DNA of 64,000 nucleotides from Andalucia godoyi And28 (taxonomy: Eukaryota > Protista > Jakobida), in NCBI GenBank assembly GCA_009859145.1, contig VRVR01000001.1, forward strand, positions 78,463 through 142,462, given 5' to 3'. Of this stretch, positions 34,401-43,985 are shown in pieces; positions within the stretch are counted from its first letter, which is position 1; each line of letters opens with the position of its first letter. The notes below the pieces were generated by a model, which saw only the letters and a list, made by a program, of their open reading frames with translations, did not search any database and was not told where the DNA came from. A program made the translations under genes and the position numbers.

Positions 34401-36104
34401 TTCCATTTCATCGGGACCGTGTTCCATTGCGGAGTTTTCGCTCGTGGAATGTGCATTCTCACAAATAGCTCGGAAGACGTGCAAGCTCTTGTTCTTTCCT
34501 TTGATCTGCGTTACATCAAGATCTTCAAACTCGAAGAGATATCTGCATTTCTCAAAAATGCGGGCATCCACGAAGATTCCTGCGGGCTGCATATAAGCAA
34601 GACGAGCAGCGGTGTTCACGACGTCGGATATTGCGGTGAACTCTTGCCGGCTAGCGCTGGCGCCGACATTTCCGCAAAATGTCCTTCCGACTGAGATGCC
34701 AATCGAACATTTCATCAGCGACTGAAGGCGCAATGCAAAGCGGACACCGCGTACATCATCGCGCTGATGGGTCACCGGGTATCCAAACCCGACGATGACG
34801 TTGAAACCCTTTTCATCGACGAGGCAGTTGAGAATAGAGCCGCTTTGTGCAGCAACTTCGGACTGAATCGCCTTGATGATCTCGGAAACTCTGCCCACAT
34901 CGATCTTGTAACTGGCTGCAGAAGCGCAGTCGGATTTGCTCAACGGAATGCCTTCCTTGATGCTCACAAAAAGGACTGTCATGTACCGCATCTCCGAGAG
35001 GAACTGCTCTTGATGCAGATCGATTTTCTGAAGTACGAACGGATCAATAAACCTTCGAATACCGCGTTTGGCAGCAGCAATATTTGTCGACTGCAGATTC
35101 CACTTAGATCCCCGGTAGGATGGAGCATCTCGCAAAATTTCAGCCCGCGTCACATCCGGGATCGGGTCAAGATGGAAGACTGCAGCAGCCGAATCAGGTG
35201 CCTCGTGCATTGGTAAATGAAACGACTCGAGAACGGTCTTGACAGCACTGGAAGCCGTCACCTCACCTCTGCCAGTGGATCCCAGGACCTCGGCCATTTC
35301 CAAAAGTGGATATCCAGTCAATAATCGCCGAGCCACGTCCTCTTCGTCGTCGATCTGCAAGACATAGAACTTGCCGTTCACGATGCCCGCGTGAAATCCC
35401 AGCACAATCGACGTGCCAGGAATGGGAAATTCTGCAAGAGCGGATCGAACGTGGTCAGCACACAGCGCCGCACGCAGTGAGCAGCAGGCGATTGCTTCCT
35501 CGGTAGCGGCAGGAAAGAACACCAGCATAGCGTCACCAGCGAACTTCTCTACCGATGCGCCGTACAAATTAATGATCTGAATAAAGGACGAGAAGTACGC
35601 ATTCATTGTGTTCGACAACGATTCTGCACCTGCAACACCCTTCTCAGCAAAGACTTCCGACATGGCAGTGAACCCCGAGACATCAATCAACAAAAGAGCA
35701 CCGTGCACCGCGCGTCTCGGCACGAAGCAAAACTCATCGGTTGCTGTGTCGCATATGGTCGCAACGAGGTCCTCGGGAAGATACGACGCCAAAATCTTAA
35801 ACTCATCATCTTCTTCCGCATCATTCAGTCCGCCACCATCCTCGGAAACCGTGTCGGCCGCATCAACCCCATCGGCACTCGTCCCACCATTTCCCTCTGA
35901 GCCCGAGCCTCCCTCGCTAGAGGCCGCAGTCGCCTCATGAAACGTACTCGAGGTGGACGGACGAGAAGCCGTGGTGTCATTCTTCTCTGCAGAAGCCGCA
36001 TGCGGAGTCATCGCACGATCCGCGCTGCCATTTGCAGCCTGTGATGACGCTTCTGTCGGTTCAGACACCACAGCCTCAGTTGATTTTGATGCTCCACAAC
36101 CCAT
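31476..36104 (-). CDS. Soluble-type (ADCY10-like) adenylate cyclase with tandem cyclase domains, a P-loop NTPase and a helical C-terminus
   Basis: C1: LLIDVSGFTAMSE and VEKFAGDAMLVFF. C2: GISVGRTFCGNVG and AISDVVNTAARL. Walker A: GPAGSGKST. Probable start MGCGASK at 36104. Confidence 0.88.
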   Translation of the reverse strand: MGCGASKSTEAVVSEPTEASSQAANGSADRAMTPHAASAEKNDTTASRPSTSSTFHEATAASSEGGSGSEGNGGTSADGVDAADTVSEDGGGLNDAEEDDEFKILASYLPEDLVATICDTATDEFCFVPRRAVHGALLLIDVSGFTAMSEVFAEKGVAGAESLSNTMNAYFSSFIQIINLYGASVEKFAGDAMLVFFPAATEEAIACCSLRAALCADHVRSALAEFPIPGTSIVLGFHAGIVNGKFYVLQIDDEEDVARRLLTGYPLLEMAEVLGSTGRGEVTASSAVKTVLESFHLPMHEAPDSAAAVFHLDPIPDVTRAEILRDAPSYRGSKWNLQSTNIAAAKRGIRRFIDPFVLQKIDLHQEQFLSEMRYMTVLFVSIKEGIPLSKSDCASAASYKIDVGRVSEIIKAIQSEVAAQSGSILNCLVDEKGFNVIVGFGYPVTHQRDDVRGVRFALRLQSLMKCSIGISVGRTFCGNVGASASRQEFTAISDVVNTAARLAYMQPAGIFVDARIFEKCRYLFEFEDLDVTQIKGKNKSLHVFRAICENAHSTSENSAMEHGPDEMEALVQRQSLVDAFCPGFQRHSTLAGRSTVNGSFFVLSGPAGSGKSTFVRNAGNFARNEQITVFFNDLLSADESRDSHKYAPFASLFWHFCGSKHSSSMDGLLAVLRDVFDEDDMNMLDVFNPFLSLMNFEFMPSKRSRLLDAFARLENLSRMFHKLIVSVNSKFGASILVIFENAHNLDHVSQRMLAEFAVRPAAGVIFLLSSTDKTFSDLFPSVDDSNAPSVKQVHIGGFTHAELAQFIRNQYPGSMSVSSAVVDFVSERSFLGLPLHAFLVTSLLKKQQFLEVTDGSVLFSAKTRVSADEMEELLQAGWANDSLALANVVLDRLDADSALVARIAAVVAEYMNDFHVCFLMMVSRYMISESNYEKAIVRLEAAGILRSHASEVVGEPARLQFASQQVQKALVMSLVPSFRAEAHYQAALAVEERSASMCERASRDGSSMRVDEMKREFLTVLLAHCHAYVTGRLSFVQHDTSSESSSHSGVGSTLSTRASTHVGLGHRTSSTFSDTHFEKFVSQSLEKSWSLFRLIPVKEYKKREVLLRRIWGYVELLEEAFNQDIRSEKLRVSIEMTSVLLKIMFAAGDETAEWARRSYELADRTDRSFVRVLANLFAIAVPHNDLPLQRRVVEELEQVCSLYPDDAVIQVQLYHHRLKFKYNVRSSEGVSEDMDAIWKNYLKAPRAVVQSEYEYGGHEGVSCGLASASKSLWFLGHISKAHDACRDSLKPDVSDAGALASLVAVGKTLYVPLLERNTSRILAAESEIKELVAISSDGGRKVVFASLMDGYMSICRVFDAQELPLKRQLFNRFDELYKGFEKVGLVNDALRASYCDALLQLDLDEYAQTARHVVRCIIEASLEGAEVNVCIEDMWIIAAQTVLRTNAQLTIGNQEYSALDCLNKAICIALESGSRVYRAKALHVMLSQVLNLSNDVVSTRKTELEECCSWFVANNRIADLQECGFLWNAILFSGVDTVHQPQ

Positions 36105-37059
36105 GTTGAACAAGAAGAATATTCCAAAGAAATCAACACGCCACGTCGCCTTCTGAAAGCGCACTTGTGAATCTATCAATATGCAATCTTAATCTGATTT
36201 CCTGGGGGCGAAGTTTACGAGAGAATAGCAGAAACCAACAGACATCAGCAGCAGCAGCATCACTGCACACATGCTGCAAAAAAGTTGGGGTGGCAAAGCT
36301 TTGCGAATCATGCTGCGATTTGCGAACATGAGACCTCCTTTTTATTTATATTGCCGATTCTTGCCGACGCTGGGGGTATTGGCAGACACCACTGCTCATG
36401 CTGTCAAACGCAATCGACCCGCGAAAAACCGTCTCCAGTTGTCGTTCCCCGTTTGGCGAGCGGAAATTTTTTTCACCCATTTTGGTCATGCATCTCTTGT
36501 CAAACCACATCAACTTTACAAAATCAAAATGTTCCAAGGAGCAGTTTGCAAAAAAGGGAAAAATAAAAAAGAAGAGAGAAAAACTAACGAATCACGGGGA
36601 AAAAACCGTCCTTTTTGTTCCAGTGCTGATTAGGCCGTGGGCGGCAGGGAGAGATTTAAAAAAATAATAAGAAGAATTATTTGTTGAACGAATAGCATTC
36701 CAGCTCGCGTGCTACTTTCATTGTCAGCCAGATCTTGGGTTTTTTAGACGGGAGGGTTTCTTTCTTTTCTTTTTTTTATATTACTATTTTTAATTAAAGA
36801 GACGGCTTTCAAATAGTCATTGTCCATATTGGTGCGTGTCCACTTTCTTGAGTCTTGAGGGAAACGTGCATTATACATCCGGTTATTGTGCGCTCTCCGC
36901 TCTATTCCGCTCTATTCCGCTCTATTCCCCAAAGTCCAAACAAAAAATTTCCCGAATCGTACGTCACTGCAGATCATCCTTGGTGGTTCTTTGCCTTGTT
37001 GCTCATTCTTTTCTGTGCATCCGGGGTTTTGCGTGAAGCAAAAAAAGTAGCATCAAGCC

Positions 37060-39888
37060 ATGTCTTCGATGCAGCGAGTTGATTCTACACCGGAAATGAT
37101 TCTTCCTGGCGAATCCAACGCGCCAACGACCATTTCTCAGCAGCCAAAATCCGCTTCTCACTCATTCTCGTCTCTTTCTCCGACCACTGCTACTGCTGCT
37201 AATACTACAACTACAACTACTTCTCCTTCTTGTTCTTCTACGTCCTATTCGTACTCACAGCGGCATCAATCAAACATGGATGTGAGCCATCCGAGTTCTC
37301 CAAGCCCGACTCCGGCTTCGGGGGGAGAAGATACTTCCAAGAAGGTGTTTCAAGTCCGTGATTCGGAGCCGCCCAAAGCCCAAACGATCGTTAAGCCTGC
37401 CAAGAAGCCGATTCGCTCTTATCGGCTGCGCGATCTTGCGACGAACCCGTTTATTGTCATTCGTCGTATTTACCACTCGTACTTCCTTGTTCTCGCGGCA
37501 ATCTTCTTGTTTGTCGTTGGGCTGAACTTGATGATGCAGGTGCTCTTTTCCATCTTTTTGCCCCGGGTGTCGTCGAACAGAAACTTCTTTTTCGTCGCAT
37601 TTGGACTTGTTGGGCTGATTCTGCTGCTGGGATTCTTTGTGTCGTCGGTTGTTGCATCGGGCTTTCTGCTTCTGCTAGATGCTTGGACCGTGGACGAGTT
37701 TCTGTTCTATCGACGAACCATCACGTTTGACGATGGTGTGAATCAACGTCTTGCAACTTCGGGCACATTCAGAGGATACCTGGACAAGGGTCTCCAGTAC
37801 TTCATATTGATTTCCTTTGATGTGCTACCGATTACAATGTTTTTTGTCTATGTTGCGGTGGACGGCACGAGTGGCGGAACGAATGCCTTCTTTCTGACGG
37901 CTTTGGCGGTCTCCTCTGCCCACACTCTCATCTTGTGGTTCATGACATTGGTTAAGGACTACATTGATAAGGCGTTGGATCTTGTGAAAGTCTTCCGTGA
38001 CCCAAAGGTTGCCGACTCTCTCGAGTCCTTCAAAAAGTCCACGTTTTTGAACAAGATATTCGGAACTGCGAATGCGAACGATATGGAGGAAGACAAGGAA
38101 ATGCAAGATTCTCAAGATGTCCGCGATTCCACCGCATCGCCATCCGGCGTAGCTCCGGGCATCCCTCCATCGCCGGCGGTGCGGGAATCAACAGGACTCA
38201 CGACCTCTGTGAATCCGTTGTACGGCTCGGATCAGGAATGTGCGCCAGCTGCTCAAAAGTCGATTGCAGTCCCGCCGAACAAATCTCGTACAACCCAGCA
38301 TGTTGCCGGGGCGATCAAGAGGTTCAAGCGCCATCCCGTGGAAAATGAAGGCGAAGATTTGAACATTTGTGTGGATATTGCGATGTGCTTGCAGAAGCCA
38401 TCCGTTAAGATGTCGTTCCGGTTTGCCTTAATGGGAATTGTAATTGCACTGATCGTTATTGGATTGGTGCTGGGCCCGATCACGCTTTTCCTATTTGGGG
38501 TGTTGCTGTTCTTTATTGCGTTTTTGATTTGGTTTGTGTCGTTTGTTGCCCGCAGTGCTCCGAGTGTCGGTCATGAAGACGGCAGTCCTCTGTTCCATGC
38601 AATGACTACGTTCTTCCGCAAGAATTGCGGGGTGGAGCGCTTCATGATGTTGCGATTTTGCACCATGATTTTCCTGCTCGCAGTTATGCTGTCCCTCATC
38701 ATGATTTTTGGACAAATGTATGTCGCTCTGGCGATTTCATGCATGCTGGCGGTCGCAGTTCTCATCGTGGCCGTCACCGCGTACAAGTTCCCGCACATGC
38801 TGTGGGTTGTCATCTTGGCAGAGTGTATCTTTTTCTTTGTGACGCTCACGGTGAACAACTTTGTCGTCTTTGGCGCCGTCATTGGTGGAACCTCGCTTGC
38901 ACTGTGCTTCTGCACTCAGGTGTTCCTGACGCGAAAGCTAAGAACATCTTTCACGTTCCTTGCCATTGTTTTGTTTGTATTCTTAATTTTTTCGTTGCTG
39001 CTGTTCTCTCTTGGATACTATGCGTCTCTCTCTGGCCCCACCGAAGTTTCCTCAGGCTCGAAGACCTTTCTGACACCGCACAACCCGTATGAATTTTGTT
39101 CCCAAACATGGGGATCCGGACTTACGATCGTGGATTTTGCGATGTTCTCCAAGGTTGCGTACAATGCAGATGCAACATTCACTGCTGATTTCGCTGCCTG
39201 GTTCCCCAGCAACTGGACGATGATTTCGTACCAAGCGACTTCGGATAGTGTCACGTTTTACCACTTGTACAACAATCGGACGAGCACGACCGTGTATGCA
39301 ATTCGCGGTACCGCCTCTGCAATCGACGTGATTCAGGACGTTGACATCTGGCATTCCATTGCCTTGTTCCAACTCGCTTCCTCCATTGGGCCGTCGTTCC
39401 GTCAAACATCCCTCATCGACATCATCTATTGGTCTTCGTTCGTCGAGCGATCGTTGTCGTCCTCTGAGAAACGCTATTACTTTGATCCGCTACTTGACTA
39501 CATTGATGTCGTTTCTGCAACGATGACGCCATTGCAGAAAAACAACACATTCATTACTGGTCATTCTCTTGGCGGCGGTCTTGCAAAGATTGTTGGTGCT
39601 CGTCGCAATATTCCTGCAATCACCTTTTCCGCACCAGGGCTGTACTATACTTCCAAGTCGGTGGATGTGGATCTTGCTGATCTGCGAAGAATGGGAGTGA
39701 CCATCGTACCCCAACGGGACGTTGTTCCTCGTGTGGATGATCAGGCGGCAACCGTCCTTCAAATTGACTGTGATGAATCTGTGCCAACCTGCCACAAGAT
39801 CACACTCACGCTGTGCCAGCTCATGAGAGCTTGTGGTGACCCTCAAGGCCGCGGAGTCGGCGTTGATGTGTGTCCTTCAGGTTTTTAG
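37060..39888 (+). CDS. Multi-pass membrane protein with a C-terminal class 3 lipase domain
   Basis: Many hydrophobic TM segments, then AIRGT, ITGHSLGGGLA (GxSxG), TFSAPG, DVVPRVD and CHKI. Confidence 0.85.
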   Translation: MSSMQRVDSTPEMILPGESNAPTTISQQPKSASHSFSSLSPTTATAANTTTTTTSPSCSSTSYSYSQRHQSNMDVSHPSSPSPTPASGGEDTSKKVFQVRDSEPPKAQTIVKPAKKPIRSYRLRDLATNPFIVIRRIYHSYFLVLAAIFLFVVGLNLMMQVLFSIFLPRVSSNRNFFFVAFGLVGLILLLGFFVSSVVASGFLLLLDAWTVDEFLFYRRTITFDDGVNQRLATSGTFRGYLDKGLQYFILISFDVLPITMFFVYVAVDGTSGGTNAFFLTALAVSSAHTLILWFMTLVKDYIDKALDLVKVFRDPKVADSLESFKKSTFLNKIFGTANANDMEEDKEMQDSQDVRDSTASPSGVAPGIPPSPAVRESTGLTTSVNPLYGSDQECAPAAQKSIAVPPNKSRTTQHVAGAIKRFKRHPVENEGEDLNICVDIAMCLQKPSVKMSFRFALMGIVIALIVIGLVLGPITLFLFGVLLFFIAFLIWFVSFVARSAPSVGHEDGSPLFHAMTTFFRKNCGVERFMMLRFCTMIFLLAVMLSLIMIFGQMYVALAISCMLAVAVLIVAVTAYKFPHMLWVVILAECIFFFVTLTVNNFVVFGAVIGGTSLALCFCTQVFLTRKLRTSFTFLAIVLFVFLIFSLLLFSLGYYASLSGPTEVSSGSKTFLTPHNPYEFCSQTWGSGLTIVDFAMFSKVAYNADATFTADFAAWFPSNWTMISYQATSDSVTFYHLYNNRTSTTVYAIRGTASAIDVIQDVDIWHSIALFQLASSIGPSFRQTSLIDIIYWSSFVERSLSSSEKRYYFDPLLDYIDVVSATMTPLQKNNTFITGHSLGGGLAKIVGARRNIPAITFSAPGLYYTSKSVDVDLADLRRMGVTIVPQRDVVPRVDDQAATVLQIDCDESVPTCHKITLTLCQLMRACGDPQGRGVGVDVCPSGF

Positions 39889-40013
39889 GCGAAGGGGCGA
39901 TTTGTTTTGGTTTGTTCTTGGGAGGCTGGAGGATTTGAAATTTAGAAAAGTTGACTGGTAATCAGTAAATGCTTCATTTCATACACGGACACGCACACAC
40001 AAACATCCATCCA

Positions 40014-40850
40014 TCATGTGCATGACGAACGTACAGGGAACAATGTACACGAGCAACCTCGAGCATCCGGGAACTGTGCCATGGGGTTCCAGACGGTCTG
40101 CAGCACAAATTCTCTGCCTCTCTGAACACCACTTAAATCGAGACCTTCCAAGATTGCAATGTGCCGACTCCACAGCATGCCGTGCGCCTTGTCCACGATG
40201 GGCGACGCGTCCTGGTGATCCATGGAGGGAGCGTCCGTTGCAACCAACACCAAATGCGGGAACGTGTCTGCCATATATTTAGCTGCTTCTGGATCAAAGT
40301 ATGCATACGCGGCATCCCAGACAGCTGGGAGCGCAGCATACGTCCTGAAGACAAGCCTGCGGACGCGATCTGCATCCAAATCCAGTTTCAACGACTGCAA
40401 GATTTCTCGCGTGATTTTCCGGCCGTCCGAACTGTCCTGCAATAATTGGCGCACGTCACACAAGATTACATCTCCGTTATAGAACGCGTCTGGAAATTGC
40501 GCAATGGGAGAATCAAGAGTAAAATGCAAAGGTTGATCGGCATGCGTCCCTTCATGTGCGTTTGTTAAAATAAACACCCTGGAAGTAACCATGCACACAC
40601 CACTGCACGAAGACGACACATTTTCAAGAGAAGACACAATTCCTAGCGTTGAAACATCAGTCGGAATGTTGAGTTCCGCACGAAGCGCCGTCTCATCCAA
40701 AACTCGGAACGACGGAGTGTGCGAAGGATACGGAAATGAGATGCGGGGTCGCGAAAGTGAACTTGTCACATTCACTCCGCTGCAAAGATCAACAAGCAGG
40801 CTCGATTCGCACGAAACAATGTGATTCAGCTTCCGTTCCCAAACAGCCAT
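40014..40850 (-). CDS. Kynurenine formamidase KynB-like / cyclase-family metal-dependent hydrolase
   Basis: HEGTHADQPLHF (HxGTHxDxPxHF), VATDAPSMD and AILEGLDLSGV. The start is uncertain: the first ATG is at 40850 but the frame is open to 40940. Confidence 0.8.
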   Translation of the reverse strand: MAVWERKLNHIVSCESSLLVDLCSGVNVTSSLSRPRISFPYPSHTPSFRVLDETALRAELNIPTDVSTLGIVSSLENVSSSCSGVCMVTSRVFILTNAHEGTHADQPLHFTLDSPIAQFPDAFYNGDVILCDVRQLLQDSSDGRKITREILQSLKLDLDADRVRRLVFRTYAALPAVWDAAYAYFDPEAAKYMADTFPHLVLVATDAPSMDHQDASPIVDKAHGMLWSRHIAILEGLDLSGVQRGREFVLQTVWNPMAQFPDARGCSCTLFPVRSSCT

Positions 40851-41273
40851 TTTCTGCACCCACTGCAGCTCCTGTTCGTTCGATACAAATGGTCGCGTCG
40901 CCTGCCGGAATTGCAATTTCTGCAGCAGGATAGCTGTCACTATTCACACAAGCCACACAAGCCACAAAGACAGTTCTTTTTCCCCAAGCTCTTCATTCTT
41001 CGGATCTGCCGTAAAATGCGCATGTCCCAGTTGTCCTTTCCACGAGAAAAAAAGAAGGAAAGCATCAATTTGCAGCACGTGATGCCAGAATCCCCCTCCC
41101 TCTACCAAAACGTTGGAACGCTGTTTTTTGCATCCTCAGAGCGTGCCATTTGCGAAAGCCGTTCAGATGAAACTTTTCCATTCTCTCTATTTTTCCCGGT
41201 TCTTCCTATTTTCTCTTCTTTCTTTGACATGTAATTCTGTACATTTCACCCATCTTTTATTCTTAAGGTCGTC

Positions 41274-43796
41274 ATGGAGTCGCAAGGTATGTATCCTTTT
41301 TGAAGTTTCTGTTCGTTCTGCTATCTGTCAAAAGCTTCGAGGAAGGAAGAAAGAAAAAAAAAAGGAAAAAAAAATTACACACGAGAATTCAACGAGTTTT
41401 GTTCTAATACGATGCATTTATCCCACCTATCCTTTCTTCTTTCTTTCCTTCTTTTCCTTCCTTCCTTGGTGCGTACTCAGCTTCCACGGTTTCAACGTAT
41501 GACCAGCAAACACGGTCTGCGATCGCAGTCAAGATGCAACAAGCACAGTATGTTGATTTTCCGTCCCTGCATTTTTCATGATGCGCAGAATTTCCTTTTT
41601 TTTCTTTTCTTTAAAAGAGAGATAGAGAGAAGAAGAAGAAGAAGAAGAAGAAGAAGCATCTGGAGGCAATGTAAGCAAATCCCAGAAAATCTAATGTTCT
41701 ATGCTTTCGTTCTTGTTTCCTGCTGACATGCTGTTGGGATCAGAAAACTATTGGAAGGTGTGACTCGATATGTTTTGAAAAGCCTTGCGTCGGATCCGCA
41801 TCCTTCGGACAAGGTAAAGATGATTGTTGAAGGAATCACGCTGTTTGTTCCTTTTGACCGCCCTCCGCAGAGTTGGGAAGACTATCAGCAGATTCTGCTG
41901 CGGCCGGATGTTCAGGACATCTTATCGCAAGTAGACCCAACAAATGTCTCGCCTCCAGTTGTCGGGAGGCTACTTCAGCTTGCAACTCGGTATGCGTATT
42001 GGCATGAAGATACAAAGCTTTCTCGATCGGCTCATTCCGTTAAGAATTACTTGCTGATTCTCAACGATGCAGTGCAGTTCTTTGCGACTAAGAACAACAG
42101 AAAATCTTCAAGCTCTCCCGTCAAATCCAGACCAGGCTCTGCAAGCCGGTCGCAAAGTGTGGACTCCGCGGGACAGCGCTTTGAGAATGGACAAGGCAAT
42201 GGCCAGTCGCAACAATTTGATTTCCCACCCGAGTCTCCCACACACTCTGCAGCTACCAATTTGATAAGTGGTAGAAATCGACGTTCGCTGTCGTCTGGTG
42301 CGGACCAGCAGCAGCCTGGTTCTCCCACATCGAATGCGCATGATTCGTATGTTTCTGCGTCCAAATCTCCACTCGTTCCAAAACCGGCGTCTGAGCGTGT
42401 TGCAGATCGTGACAAAACGTCTGGGATGGTGGATCACGACGAATCTACCTCGTACACGACAACGTGGCTGAAACATGAATTGTCGCAATCCGATGTGCCG
42501 TTCCAGCCCCGTCGCAGTTCTGCAAGTTCTTCAGGGGGCCTCGCAAGTTCTTCGTCAGCGTCTCCTTCTCCGGGCCTGCAAAGGACGTCTAGCTCGCTGG
42601 GCTCAAGCAAGAAACCGATCCTGCGGCATCAATCGTCGAATCTTTCAGTGCGTAGTGATGCATCCGGTCGCAATATTTCGTTTGCTCCGGAGCTCGAAGA
42701 CTTTCCGGGATCCCCAGGTTCACGTCGAGGATCGGTGGGATCGCTGTCCTCTGTGTCTGGACGTCCGTCCTCTGCAACCGACGCGTTTCGCAATAATGGG
42801 ACGAATAACTCACAGTTGCAGCATCAGGCGTTTGCTTCCTCTTTGCGAAGTGACGAGCGTGAAAATTCTTCTCCAAGCAGAAGACGAAGTGTATCGTCCA
42901 ATTTTGACGACACTGCATCGGTTGCATCGGGATTCTCGGCCCTTTCGTCGTCCACAATTGGTTCAAAGGGCGCCATGCCTGCCGTGTCTGTTGCAGCCTT
43001 CCATGAGCCAATGAGGCTGGATAATTTCCTGGCACGGGCCAACAACGTTCTTTTGGCCGATGATGAAACCAGGAAAATGCTGCGGTCCCTGAAAACGCCA
43101 CAATCGCAAAAACACGAAACAGAAAGGGAACCAGTCATGGATGCTGCTCGGCATTTGGACCCAAGGATCAAAAAGAATTTTTCATCATCTGGGGACATTG
43201 TGCCAGATTTCAGAGAAATCATTCAAGGAATAGACCGCATTCGAGAAGAGCGAATGAATACCAGTCTCAAATTTGCGACGTTACTGTCTGCGGCTCAGAT
43301 GAAAGAGGAGACGATCTTGTCCGAGTTTATGGATGAGGATCGCACAGAAGGAGAGACTGTGCAGTACGGTGAAGTCATTGAAGAAATGCGCAGTATGGGA
43401 AATGACGCTGCCAAAGTGCAGCGTGCTATTCTCGAATCTCGCGATAGAGGCCTTCGATCTCCAAAGTCGGCACATTCTCCGACTTCTGGACTAAGTCGTT
43501 CAAACAGCTTCGCGTCGAAGAATTCGCCATTGAATCGCTCGAATTCTTCTGCCTCGGGAGTTAGATCCGAGTCGCCACGATCAACGGCGTCTCCTCGAAG
43601 TTCAATTGCGTCTCCCCGAAGTACGGCGCCACCGATGAACCAGCGTCCCGCACTACCGCAGCGCTCTTCGTCCCATGTTAATGTGCAGCCAGATCCTGCT
43701 GCGGTGGCACGTATGGCGGCAGAAATCGAAGCACTCCGTCTGAAATTGCAGTCAGAACAACAGGCTAAACAATCGTTTCAACTTCGCAATCGCTGA
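41274..43796 (+). CDS. Ser-rich hypothetical protein with a C-terminal coiled coil, at least three exons
   Basis: A 681-aa ORF plus two upstream small exons flanked by GTATGT donors (about 41287 and 41548). No family recognised. Confidence 0.6.
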
Positions 43797-43985
43797 TTCA
43801 AATTGTGCTTTCTTTTTTTTTTTTTTTTGGCTCAGTCGAGCTCCTTCCTTTTTTTAAATTATTTATTTTAAAAAAATGGTGCTCTGAATGTGGATGCAGT
43901 GATGCGTGGTAATGGTGCTGTACAATACAATTCAATTCATTACCACACTCACATCCGCCCGGGGGAAGGGGTGCTCTTCTCTGCT

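Noticed and set aside
36270-36560. Weak fragments (CSCC, AIDPRKT) in the cyclase/lipase spacer
   Set aside because: The order is inconsistent with TnpB and could be chance.
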